A DNA stretch of 64,000 bases from an uncultured Eubacteriales bacterium (GTDB taxonomy: Bacteria; Bacillota; Clostridia; Lachnospirales; CAG-274), in the NCBI GenBank assembly GCA_949293325.1, contig CASFCZ010000058.1:12817-76816 (forward strand), written 5' to 3'. The position numbers were made by a program, and so were the translations under genes. The notes under the pieces are model-generated. The model was not told where the DNA came from. It did not search any database and saw only the letters and a program-made list of their open reading frames with translations. How positions within the stretch are numbered: the stretch's first letter is position 1; each line of letters starts with the position of its first letter. This document shows positions 37,913-48,464 of the stretch, one piece after another.

Positions 37913-38965
37913 TTATTTCCCTGTAAGTTCCTTAAAAATCTCCTTTACTGTAGTAATCTTATCCACACGATATGCGTTCTCACCGCAGAAAATAAGTGCA
38001 TTGTCCGTATCGCCGTTAGCCGCCTTAAATAAGGCCTGGGAAATACAGTATGGTATCTCAGCAGGGTTACACCTTGCAAGACAGCCGTAGCACCTTTCGA
38101 TAGGATCCTTACCTGCCTCGGTGCGACGGATAAAGTCGTTCCTTATGGCACGTCCCGGCATACCTACAGGGCTTTTTACTATCTGGATATCCTCCTTTTT
38201 GGCATTGACATAAGCCATTTTAAAGTTAATATCCGCATCACATTCCTCAGTGGCAACAAAGCGTGTTGCCATCTGGACACCGTCAAGACCAAGGTCAAAG
38301 CAATGGTCAATGTCCTCTCTGGTATATACACCGCCGCCGAATACAACGGGTATCTTCTTATTATATCTTTCCTCAAAACCCTTTACTACTTCAATTATTC
38401 TTTTAATTTCCTCATCCATCATTTCGTCGGTATAGCCTGCCACTTCCTCAGCCTTAAAGCCAAGGTGACCTCCTGCCTTTGGGCCTTCTATTACCACAAG
38501 GTCAGCAGTAGTGTCTGTCTGCTTAGCCCAGCGGGAAAGGATAACCTTTGCCGCCTTTGCAGAGGAAACTATAGGGGCCAGCTTAACGTCGCTGCCTGCT
38601 GCCAGCTTAGGCAGATCCATAGGCAGACCCGCACCTGAAATAATAAGGTCAGCCCCTGCCTCAATGGAGCAGCGGACAAAGTCCTCATAGCCCTTCATGG
38701 CTACCATAATATTGACACCGATAATGCCTCCCTCTGCCTGCTCCTTGGCAAGCTTTATCTCCCTTGCAAGGGCACGCATATTAGCCTCCCTTACATTTGA
38801 GGCAAAGTCACTTTCACGAAAGCCGGGCTGTGCTGCTGATATAACACCAATGCCCCCTTCACGGGCAACAGCCGAGGCAAGTCGGTGAAGGCTGATGCCT
38901 ACACCCATACCACCCTGTATAATAGGTACCTTTGCAACCAGATTTCCGATGACTAATTCCTTCAT
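37913..38965 (-). CDS. NAD(P)H-dependent flavin oxidoreductase (nitronate monooxygenase / FabK-like family)
   Basis: TIM-barrel NMO pattern (IIQGGMGVGIS, VFGGGV, VQMATRF). C-terminal Cys cluster CYGCLARCNP. Confidence 0.75.
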   Translation of the reverse strand: MKELVIGNLVAKVPIIQGGMGVGISLHRLASAVAREGGIGVISAAQPGFRESDFASNVREANMRALAREIKLAKEQAEGGIIGVNIMVAMKGYEDFVRCSIEAGADLIISGAGLPMDLPKLAAGSDVKLAPIVSSAKAAKVILSRWAKQTDTTADLVVIEGPKAGGHLGFKAEEVAGYTDEMMDEEIKRIIEVVKGFEERYNKKIPVVFGGGVYTREDIDHCFDLGLDGVQMATRFVATEECDADINFKMAYVNAKKEDIQIVKSPVGMPGRAIRNDFIRRTEAGKDPIERCYGCLARCNPAEIPYCISQALFKAANGDTDNALIFCGENAYRVDKITTVKEIFKELTGK

Positions 38966-39369
38966 AGCTTTGTTCTCCTGTTATAAAATAGGTTTATAAT
39001 TTATTGAAGCTGCGTCACAGGCATATATATTATGCCCCTCACAAGCATATTTTTTTCACTTGATCCAATGGCATAATATCCTTATTTTTATTATTACACA
39101 AGGTATCCACAAAATCAAGCATATAATACACAGACTGCCGCAAGAACAGACTGTTTTCGGCAAAAACCGCTTAATGTAGTTTTCAATACTATATCTGACC
39201 CTATTATGTTACCACAAGAAAATATAAATTACAAGATGTTGAGGTAAAATTTATAAAAAAATTTATTTTTGTGTTTTCTTTTATGGTTTTCTATGCTATA
39301 CTTGTTTGTAAAGGACAACATATCATCCCGATAACCTTCGGGTTTGCCATAAAAATGGAGGCTTAACAA

Positions 39370-39912
39370 ATGGAAAACGCGGAAATCAAGGCTGTATTTG
39401 ATGAGCTTGTCAATTACAAAATAATAAGCATATCCCAGATACCCGATCTGGATCTGTACATGGATCAGGTTACCACCTTTGTGGAGGATAAGCTGAGCTC
39501 CTACAGACGCCATGAGGAAGATAAGCTCCTTACCAAAACAATGATAAACAATTATACCAAGGAGGGACTTATTGCTCCCCCCGTTAAAAAGAAATATTCC
39601 AGAGAACATATAATAAGGTTAATAATGATATACCACCTTAAAAGCACCCTGTCCATAGCGGATATAGGGGCTCTCCTTAAGGGCATACCCCAGGAGCGCA
39701 GTCTTGAGGCCTATGACGGCTTTACAAAGCTCCAGGAAAGGGAAAGGGAAATTTCTGCCGATGTTCTCAGTGAAAATGTGGATAAAATAACGGAGCATAC
39801 AGAGGACGAAAAGGAAGCCGCCCTTATGACGGTGCTTATGCTGGTGCTGGAGGCTAACTGCCGTCGTATGCTGGCAGAAAAGCTTATAGACAAGTATTTT
39901 AAGGAGCAGTAA
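39370..39912 (+). CDS. DUF1836-family protein
   Basis: GGAGG RBS. Segment DLYMDQVTTFVEDKL...LTKTMINNYTKEGLI, typical of DUF1836. Confidence 0.65.
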   Translation: MENAEIKAVFDELVNYKIISISQIPDLDLYMDQVTTFVEDKLSSYRRHEEDKLLTKTMINNYTKEGLIAPPVKKKYSREHIIRLIMIYHLKSTLSIADIGALLKGIPQERSLEAYDGFTKLQEREREISADVLSENVDKITEHTEDEKEAALMTVLMLVLEANCRRMLAEKLIDKYFKEQ

Positions 39913-40281
39913 ATGGAGAAAAGAAAATTTATCCTGAAAAGCGACCTTATTATTCTGCTTATACTGGGGCTTATTGCCATTGCCGCCTTTGTTTTTTTTA
40001 ACAGAGGGGAAGAAACAGGTTATGCAGAGATAGTATATGAAAATGAAGTAATAGAACGGCTGGACCTTAGCAAAGACGGTATCTACAGCCCAACCGGCTT
40101 TGATGTTACCTTTGAGGTAAAGGATGGGGCCGTTGCCTTTATCAGCTCTGACTGTCCCGACAAAATATGTGTCAATACAGGCTTTATAAGCAAAAGGGGA
40201 CAAAGTGCCGTTTGCCTGCCTAACAGACTTACTTTGCGTATAGCAGGCGGAGAAGGAACAGCTGACATATATATAGGATAA
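39913..40281 (+). CDS. NusG domain II-containing (DUF1312-like) membrane-anchored protein
   Basis: N-terminal TM segment. Motif CPDKICVNTGFISKRGQSAVCLPNRL. The ATG abuts the upstream stop (TAAATG). Confidence 0.7.
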   Translation: MEKRKFILKSDLIILLILGLIAIAAFVFFNRGEETGYAEIVYENEVIERLDLSKDGIYSPTGFDVTFEVKDGAVAFISSDCPDKICVNTGFISKRGQSAVCLPNRLTLRIAGGEGTADIYIG

Positions 40282-40306
40282 AACACCCTCATTCAGGAGT
40301 GATATA

Positions 40307-40828
40307 ATGAGTAAAACACGTAAAATTACCACCATGGCAATGCTTTTTGCCCTTGCCATGGTGCTGTCATATATGGAGGGTATGCTCCCTCCCATGCCCT
40401 ATCTGCCCCCCGGGTTCAAGCTGGGGCTGTCAAATATAATAACCATGTACACCCTGTTTTATATGGGTAAAAAACAGGCTTTTCTGATAGCCATACTTAA
40501 ATCGGGCTTTGTACTTATTACAAGGGGAGGGGTTTCCGGAGTCCTCAGTCTGGCAGGAGGCATCAGCTCCCTTATTGTAATGATTATACTGGCTTTTGTA
40601 TTCAAAGATAAAATAAGTTACCTTTTGCTAAGTGTAATGGGAGCAATATTCCACAATATGGGTCAGCTTGCAGTTGTTACCCTTATTATGGTCAATACCT
40701 ATGCACTGTGGTACACTCCTGTACTGATAGTGGCAGGTATAGTTATGGGCAGTGTTACAGGTACTCTCCTTAAGGTGGTAATGCCCCATCTTAATTCCCT
40801 TTCAGGGGGAAAGGAGAGGGGAAGATGA
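40307..40828 (+). CDS. Gx transporter family protein (heptaprenyl-diphosphate synthase component I-like, PF07456)
   Basis: Five-TM protein. Segment FALAMVLSYMEGMLP..PGFKLGLSNI. Confidence 0.65.
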   Translation: MSKTRKITTMAMLFALAMVLSYMEGMLPPMPYLPPGFKLGLSNIITMYTLFYMGKKQAFLIAILKSGFVLITRGGVSGVLSLAGGISSLIVMIILAFVFKDKISYLLLSVMGAIFHNMGQLAVVTLIMVNTYALWYTPVLIVAGIVMGSVTGTLLKVVMPHLNSLSGGKERGR

Positions 40829-41847
40829 ACCGGAGGATTATTATTGCCCTCATTATTGCGGTGGCAGGGATAGTTATATATGCCCTCTACCCCAGGGTAT
40901 ATAAGTATGAAACATCATTTTATGATGTATTTGACACCTACTCCACCATTACCCTGTACTGGGATAACGACAAAGAGGCACAGTCCATTATGGATGAGGT
41001 ACATGAGGAGCTTATAAGGCTTAATGAGCTTTACGATATTTATAATAACTATGACGGGGTAAACAACCTTAAGACAATAAATGACAATGCAGGCATAGCC
41101 CCCGTTAAGGTGGATGAGGATACAATGGCACTCCTTAACTTTGCCACCCAGGCATATTATGACACCAAGGGGGCAGTGAATCCTATGATGGGATCAGTCC
41201 TCTCCATATGGCACGACCATAGGACTGACGCCCTGGAAAACCCTGAAAATGCCTCCCTGCCTAATATGGAGGAACTGAAAAAAGCAAAGGAACATACCTC
41301 CATAGACCTGCTTATACTGAATAAGGAGGACTCTACCGCCTATATAACAGACAGCAGTGCAAGCCTTGATGTGGGGGCAATGGCAAAGGGCTTTGCCGCC
41401 GACAGGGCAGTTGAGCTTCTTAAGGAGAAGGGTGTGGAGTCAGCCATGCTGAACCTTGGTGGAAATATATGCACCATAGGTACAAGGGATTGGGGAAAGT
41501 CCTGGACCATAGGCATTACCGACCCCCAAAACACCTACCAAAGCAAGGCTGATATATCCGCCGTAAATATGTCGGTGGTAACCAGCGGCTCCTACCAGCG
41601 TTATTATGAGGTAAAGGGAGTAAAATACAACCATATAATAGACCCTGACACCCTTATGCCTGCCACAAGATATGCCTCCGTTACCGTTGCGGCAGAAAGC
41701 TCCGCCACGGCAGATATGCTGTCAACGGCATTGTTTATCCTTCCCGAGGATGAGGGGAATAACCTTGCAGAAAGCTACGGGGCAAGTGTGTGCAGGATAT
41801 ATGATGACGGCAGGGTAGAGGCTGACGGGGACTTTAATGTCAATTAA
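40825..41847 (+). CDS. apbE: FAD:protein FMN transferase (ApbE family), membrane-anchored
   Basis: N-terminal TM segment. ApbE pattern (FDTYSTITLY, LDVGAMAKGFAADRA, NLGGNI, HIIDP). ATGA overlap with the upstream gene. Confidence 0.85.
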   Translation: MNRRIIIALIIAVAGIVIYALYPRVYKYETSFYDVFDTYSTITLYWDNDKEAQSIMDEVHEELIRLNELYDIYNNYDGVNNLKTINDNAGIAPVKVDEDTMALLNFATQAYYDTKGAVNPMMGSVLSIWHDHRTDALENPENASLPNMEELKKAKEHTSIDLLILNKEDSTAYITDSSASLDVGAMAKGFAADRAVELLKEKGVESAMLNLGGNICTIGTRDWGKSWTIGITDPQNTYQSKADISAVNMSVVTSGSYQRYYEVKGVKYNHIIDPDTLMPATRYASVTVAAESSATADMLSTALFILPEDEGNNLAESYGASVCRIYDDGRVEADGDFNVN

Positions 41848-42072
41848 AGTTTTCTTCCAAAAAAACACACATTTATGTTATATTTTGTATAAACTTAACG
41901 AAAAAAATACATTTGTCAAGGCAAAAAAGCAAATATATGCTGACATTTAACAAAATTTACAGTTTGTTCATAATTTATTCATATATCCGCCTTATAATCT
42001 CTTGTTAAGAGGGAATACTATAGCCCTCTTAAGAAAAAGACTATTCTTAAAAAGAAAAGGGGAAATTTAATT

Positions 42073-42342
42073 ATGAAGAAGTTATTATTAGGTGCTGCTG
42101 TTCTTGCACTTGCTTTCGCATTTGCTGGTTGCGGTTCTACTACTGAGGAAGGTACTGAGGCTACTACTGAGGTAGTTGCAGAGGAAGCTACTGAGGCTGT
42201 TGACGCTGAGGTTGAGGAAACTACTGAGGCTCTTGAGGAAGAGACTGAGGCTGCTGAGGAGACTACTGAGGCTGCTGACGCTGAGGCTACTACTGAGGCT
42301 GCTGACGCTGAGACTGCTGAGACTACAGTAGCTGCTGAGTAA
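42073..42342 (+). CDS. small, highly acidic E/T/A-repeat lipoprotein
   Basis: Lipobox AFAGC. The mature part is almost entirely TEEA/TEAADAE repeats. Confidence 0.6.
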   Translation: MKKLLLGAAVLALAFAFAGCGSTTEEGTEATTEVVAEEATEAVDAEVEETTEALEEETEAAEETTEAADAEATTEAADAETAETTVAAE

Positions 42343-42363
42343 TATTTCGGGAGTATTTGACCT

Positions 42364-42894
42364 ATGAGTAAAATTTCGGCTGTATCGGTTTTATTGACAG
42401 TGCTGTTTATTACAGCCTGTGGCAGTACACAAGAACCTGCCCCTGATACTGCCGAGCTTACGGAGGCTACAACCCAGGAGGTATCAGATATACCAATGGT
42501 TGCCAATGCCGAGACTATAACTGCCTATGGGCAGCTCCTTAACGAAGCCTGTGTATATCTTAACGAAAATCATTCCGATAAGATAACCGGCAAAGTAAAG
42601 GAAGAATATGACTCTGCCTGTGAAAGACTCCATAATATCAATTTGCAGGGCATAAGTGCCGTAGCTCAGCTCAGCGAGAGCGAGAGGGAAGACATATTTG
42701 CCCAGCTTGAGGATATAGAGGGGATAATCTTTGACAGGGTAGCAGAGGAAATCGGCGTTAAAGCAGAGCTTACGGAAGCAGTTACAACCACCGCCAACAG
42801 AGCGGAAGACAAGGTTTCGGGAGAGTTAATTACAAGCTCCCCACAGGAGACCACCACTGCCGCAGAACCCGAAAGAATAACTGCCGCAGAGTAA
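42364..42894 (+). CDS. lipoprotein of unknown function
   Basis: Lipobox FITAC. 21 nt downstream of the acidic lipoprotein gene. Confidence 0.6.
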   Translation: MSKISAVSVLLTVLFITACGSTQEPAPDTAELTEATTQEVSDIPMVANAETITAYGQLLNEACVYLNENHSDKITGKVKEEYDSACERLHNINLQGISAVAQLSESEREDIFAQLEDIEGIIFDRVAEEIGVKAELTEAVTTTANRAEDKVSGELITSSPQETTTAAEPERITAAE

Positions 42895-43031
42895 TAATTT
42901 TTCATAGGCTTTAAGACCGTCACAGGGCGGTCTTTTTTTATGCAAAAATTCCAAATACAAGAAAATCCAAGAAAACAGGTGATTTCGTGAGATAACAGAA
43001 GAAATTGCCCAATAATCGCCTTAAATGAATA

Positions 43032-43060
43032 AATATGGATATTGCAATATTGGGAGTAAT
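43032..43060 (+). promoter_or_regulatory. candidate sigma-A promoter of groESL
   Basis: TTGCAA, 17 nt, TATTAT, immediately upstream of CIRCE. Confidence 0.5.
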
Positions 43061-43081
43061 AAACTATTATTAATACCAAAG

Positions 43082-43108
43082 TTAGCACTCAATCAAAGTG
43101 AGTGCTAA
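43082..43108 (+). promoter_or_regulatory. CIRCE operator (HrcA binding site)
   Basis: TTAGCACTC-N9-GAGTGCTAA, a perfect match to the CIRCE consensus, 55 nt upstream of groES. Confidence 0.95.
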
Positions 43109-43162
43109 CAAACCAAAAAAAGTAAATTAACATTTTGCTATATATTTCAAGGAGGAATTAAG

Positions 43163-45090
<1,928 letters not shown>

Positions 45091-45110
45091 TTAAATAATT
45101 AATATATTTG

Positions 45111-45143
45111 TCCCCCGAGGGTTTAACCTTCGGGGGATTTTTT
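45111..45143 (+). terminator. intrinsic terminator after groEL
   Basis: Stem tcccccgaagg...ccttcggggga followed by tttttt. Confidence 0.85.
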
Positions 45144-45167
45144 GGGTGGAAAAATAGTGCTTATCTT

Positions 45168-45611
45168 TCAATACGTTTCTGCAAGATTGATAACATTTAA
45201 TCCCTTTTTTACTGCCCATCTAAGAGTTTGAGCTGCCCCACCCCAACTATGTTTTACATAGCAAATTGCATAGGCAGCATTATCCACAAGATATCTGTTC
45301 CTTGCCGGAATGGCTGCCTTGAAACTATACTTTTCAAGACTCTCTGGATAAATAATTGAATTGAAATACTTTTTTTCGGCTATATTGTATGCAAGGTATG
45401 GAATTACCAAGTAGTTTCTGATATAAGGATAGCTACTCCTAAGATCAGATACGATCCTTGCACACAGCCAATCAAATGAACCCATGCCGCCATTAAGAAA
45501 ATCCGTTACGCCACACTCTATTAATCTTATTGTTTCATTCATTATATCATCATAACTTACTTCATAACATTCTCTGTGGCCTATAAAGATGGCTGTTGTT
45601 TCTTTTTTCAT
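45168..45611 (-). CDS. SLOG-fold DUF1273 (YpsA-like) protein
   Basis: ATG at 45611 (MKKETTAIFIGHRE) with an AAGGGGTGA RBS. The pattern IFIGHR..., LNGGMGSFDWLCA, NYLVIPY parallels B. subtilis YpsA as I recall it. Confidence 0.65.
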   Translation of the reverse strand: MKKETTAIFIGHRECYEVSYDDIMNETIRLIECGVTDFLNGGMGSFDWLCARIVSDLRSSYPYIRNYLVIPYLAYNIAEKKYFNSIIYPESLEKYSFKAAIPARNRYLVDNAAYAICYVKHSWGGAAQTLRWAVKKGLNVINLAETY

Positions 45612-45763
45612 TTCAAAATTCACCCCTTCTCTCATAAGTTTAACAGATACAAAAACATAAATCAACTCTAATAGAGTTGATAACCTCCTTATAGAATGTG
45701 TATAACGCATCTGACTTCACCTATACTATCAGTATATATAACACTCTGACAGGAGGTGCCCCA

Positions 45764-46096
45764 ATGGAACTTGAAAATATCGGCAAGAACATTCGCAAAT
45801 ATCGTCTTATTAAAAAACTCCGTCAGGAGGATCTTGCGGAAAAAGCCAATTTAAGTATTAACTATGTTGGTGCAATAGAAAGAGGGGAAAAAATCCCCTC
45901 CCTTGAAACCTTTATATCAATCATAAATGCCCTTGGTGTTTCAGCGGATATGGTCCTTGCTGATGTCATTGAAAAGGGGTATATTGTAAAAACTTCCATG
46001 CTGGCTCAGAAATTAGACAAAATTTCAAATGAGGACCGTGCCATGATCTATGATGTCATAGATGCAATATTGAAACATTCCAAACAGAGCATCTGA
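45764..46096 (+). CDS. XRE-family helix-turn-helix regulator
   Basis: ATG at 45764 with an AGGAGG RBS. HTH segment IRKYRLIKKLRQEDLAEKANLSINYVGAIERGEKIPSLETF. Divergent from the SLOG gene. Confidence 0.85.
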   Translation: MELENIGKNIRKYRLIKKLRQEDLAEKANLSINYVGAIERGEKIPSLETFISIINALGVSADMVLADVIEKGYIVKTSMLAQKLDKISNEDRAMIYDVIDAILKHSKQSI

Positions 46097-46125
46097 CTGC
46101 AATTAAATAAGCATGCTATGAACTA

Positions 46126-46157
46126 TCCCCCGGAGATACAACCGGGGGATTTTTTTT
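46126..46157 (+). terminator. intrinsic terminator after the XRE gene
   Basis: Stem tcccccgg-agatacaa-ccggggga followed by tttttttt. Confidence 0.8.
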
Positions 46158-46330
46158 GTGAAAGGACAATGATACAGGCAATATAACTATTGACATTGAA
46201 ATAATAATATTATACAATAATATCAGATAAGCAGTGCTGTAACAGATATATAAATAAATTTCAGATAGTATAAAACAAGGCATTGGCCTCTATCCTATGA
46301 CGGAATATTTCTATGTCAGGAGGTTTTAAT

Positions 46331-47134
46331 ATGAAAAAACGTTTTTTATTAAAAGTCATACCATTTATTTTGTCAGCCACGGTATTTTCCCAGAACGTGT
46401 ACGCCTTTTCTTCCTTTATAAAACCCTGTGATATTTACGATATCAATACAGACGGAGAGGTTACCGCATCTGATGCTGCAAATATCCTGAACTATGTTTT
46501 ATTTGGTACATCTGACCTTACATCTGAAACACAGCAGGAGATCATTTCTCTGGCAGGGGTACCCAAGGGAGCACATCTGACTGCCAACAATGCTGCATCA
46601 GCCCTTTATACCTCCCTGGGCAAGGAGGCAGCATATTCAAAGAAGGTCTTTAATTTCAGCACCCTGGAAAAGGGTGAATACAACAGTGAACACGTGGTCA
46701 ACGAATATCTGACCCTGGTGGGAACCGAAAACAGTCCTGTTGAAGTTGCAGAAAGGGATGTAAATGACCAGTTTTATGAAAGCTATCCCCTTAGGGCAAG
46801 GCTCCTGGGCGGAGGAGAGATTGAAAACAACTATATCAGAATCGCCCTTGACAGACCCGCCGCAATAAGAATCCTTGCCTCCCCCGGGAAAATGGTCAGC
46901 ACAATGGAGATCTTCAATACGCCGGATAAATACGGAAGATGGCTTTATCTCTATGATGAAAATTTCCAGGTGATGGACAGCTTTAACCGCTGGTATGAAT
47001 CAAACAATATGGACCTGGGTATCAGGACTGCCCACCTCTATACAGATAATGTACTGGAACCGGGAACCTATTATCTGGGCGTATCAACGGAACACGGCAT
47101 AGATATAGAGGAAATAGGGATCTATGAGTTCTGA
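46331..47134 (+). CDS. secreted protein with an N-terminal dockerin and a C-terminal beta-sandwich module related to the scaffoldin N-terminal modules
   Basis: ATG at 46331 with an AGGAGG RBS. Signal peptide. Dockerin repeat DINTDGEVTASDAANILNYVL. The C-terminal GTYYLGV...IEEIGIYEF echoes GTYYVAAPDAAVNFYGMTF of the 1955-5239 product. Confidence 0.7.
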   Translation: MKKRFLLKVIPFILSATVFSQNVYAFSSFIKPCDIYDINTDGEVTASDAANILNYVLFGTSDLTSETQQEIISLAGVPKGAHLTANNAASALYTSLGKEAAYSKKVFNFSTLEKGEYNSEHVVNEYLTLVGTENSPVEVAERDVNDQFYESYPLRARLLGGGEIENNYIRIALDRPAAIRILASPGKMVSTMEIFNTPDKYGRWLYLYDENFQVMDSFNRWYESNNMDLGIRTAHLYTDNVLEPGTYYLGVSTEHGIDIEEIGIYEF

Positions 47135-47211
47135 TGCTTTCAAGTGTTGACAGAAAAGCCACCATTCTAAACAAATGATCCCTGCAAAGTCCCTGTTCTT
47201 AATACTCTCTA

Positions 47212-47242
47212 TCCCCCCAAGTATGGCTTTGGGGGATTTTTT
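47212..47242 (+). terminator. intrinsic terminator after the dockerin gene
   Basis: Stem tcccccc-aagtatggcttt-ggggga followed by tttttt. Confidence 0.7.
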
Positions 47243-47271
47243 ATGAAAAAGTACAAGGGAAACTATATCTG

Positions 47272-47300
47272 TTGACCCTGGGAAGACGGTATTGTATAAT
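47272..47300 (+). promoter_or_regulatory. sigma-A promoter of the membrane protein gene
   Basis: TTGACC, 17 nt, TATAAT. It lies inside the ORF-track N-terminal extension, which supports the ATG at 47355. Confidence 0.6.
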
Positions 47301-47354
47301 GCTGTTATACACAAAAAACAGGGGCAGAATATCTGTTCCGGAGCAGGTGAAACA

Positions 47355-48377
47355 ATGAGTGACAGAAACGCATACAACAAGGAAATAAAAAACAGGATCC
47401 AAAAGGGAAAAGACTACAAGCAATTCACTCTGGAGGGGAAAAGCACAGAGCTTATAGCCGAAATAAATGATGAGGAGCGCCTTATGGGGGTCTGCTACGA
47501 CTTACTGGCAGACGATAAGGAATTAAGCAGTGAGGAAAGGACCAACCTTAACCTTGTACTGGAGGCGGAGGCAGAGTCCCTTAAAAAGACCTCGTCAAAT
47601 CTATGGAAGTCCTATAGATTGGTGGAAACCATGGCAGACGAGTTGGAAACACGGACAAAGGAAGTGGAAAAGAGCCTGAAAAAGCATATCTTCCCTGTTC
47701 CCCCCTCAAACACCGTTATTGACTATCAGGAGGAAAGGCGCAACAATTTTGCCCAGGGGCTTAATTTCTATAAACTGTTTCTTATATGTTTTATAGGAAG
47801 CTTTGGGGGTGTTGTTGTTGAAATAATATGGTGTCTTATAAGAAACGGATACATAGAAAGCAGATCCGGGCTTGTTTATGGTCCCTTTAATCTGCTGTAT
47901 GGCTTCGGAGCTGTTGTTATGACACTGGCACTGTATAAATACCGCAACAGAAGCAGCTCCATTTCATTTGCAGGGGGAATGATAACGGGTAGTATTGTTG
48001 AATATTTATGCTCCTGGGGACAGGAGATGGTTTTAGGCTCCCGTTCCTGGGATTACAGTGATATGCCCTTTAACCTTAACGGAAGAATTTGTCTTCTATA
48101 TTCAATATTTTGGGGTATTTTGGGTGTAATGTGGATAAAAAACGTATATCCCAGAATGGCAAAGGCAATACTGCATATTCCTAATAAGATGGGAAAGATA
48201 ATCACATGGGTTCTTGTTGTCTTTATGTTGGTTAATGTAACCGTATCGGGTGTTGCAGTTATGCGATGGGCTGAACGGGTAAAGGGCATAGAGGCTTCGG
48301 GAACATTTTGGGGATTTATTGACGAACGGTTTCCCAATGAAAGAATGGAAAGGATTTATCCCAACATGGTATTTTAA
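47355..48377 (+). CDS. membrane protein: N-terminal coiled-coil plus a PF06541-like (putative ABC-transporter type IV / DUF1113) domain
   Basis: ATG at 47355. About 130 cytoplasmic residues rich in E/K, then 5-6 TM segments (FLICFIGSFGGVVVEIIWC, GPFNLLYGFGAV). Confidence 0.6.
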   Translation: MSDRNAYNKEIKNRIQKGKDYKQFTLEGKSTELIAEINDEERLMGVCYDLLADDKELSSEERTNLNLVLEAEAESLKKTSSNLWKSYRLVETMADELETRTKEVEKSLKKHIFPVPPSNTVIDYQEERRNNFAQGLNFYKLFLICFIGSFGGVVVEIIWCLIRNGYIESRSGLVYGPFNLLYGFGAVVMTLALYKYRNRSSSISFAGGMITGSIVEYLCSWGQEMVLGSRSWDYSDMPFNLNGRICLLYSIFWGILGVMWIKNVYPRMAKAILHIPNKMGKIITWVLVVFMLVNVTVSGVAVMRWAERVKGIEASGTFWGFIDERFPNERMERIYPNMVF

Positions 48378-48428
48378 AATCCATAAAACAGGTCAAATTA
48401 TAATCCACCGTCTACCGGCAATATTTAA

Positions 48429-48463
48429 GGTCACACATGGTTTTCCTCTGTGTGACCTTTTTT
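48429..48463. terminator. bidirectional terminator between 47355-48377 and yaaH
   Basis: Stem ggtcacaca...tgtgtgacc followed by tttttt. Confidence 0.75.
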
Positions 48464-48464
48464 G

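Noticed and set aside
39619-40395. 258-aa minus-strand ORF spanning the DUF1836 and NusG-II genes
   Set aside because: It is antisense to two recognisable family members with good RBSs. Its composition (F/Y/K/L/C-rich) is typical of shadow ORFs in AT-skewed frames.
42018-42506. 162-aa minus-strand ORF (S/A/V-rich) opposite the acidic lipoprotein gene
   Set aside because: It is a mirror-frame artefact of the GAG/GCT/ACT repeat. The plus-strand gene has an RBS, a lipobox and a downstream partner.
45111-46157. The SLOG/XRE module as another hairpin-duplicating insertion, because the flanking terminators at 45111-45143 and 46126-46157 both read tcccccg...cggggga plus a T-run
   Set aside because: The similarity is limited to the C5/G5 stem typical of many terminators here (also 47212-47242). 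The loops and stem extensions differ, and there is no extended identity like the 23-bp repeat at 31069/31350.
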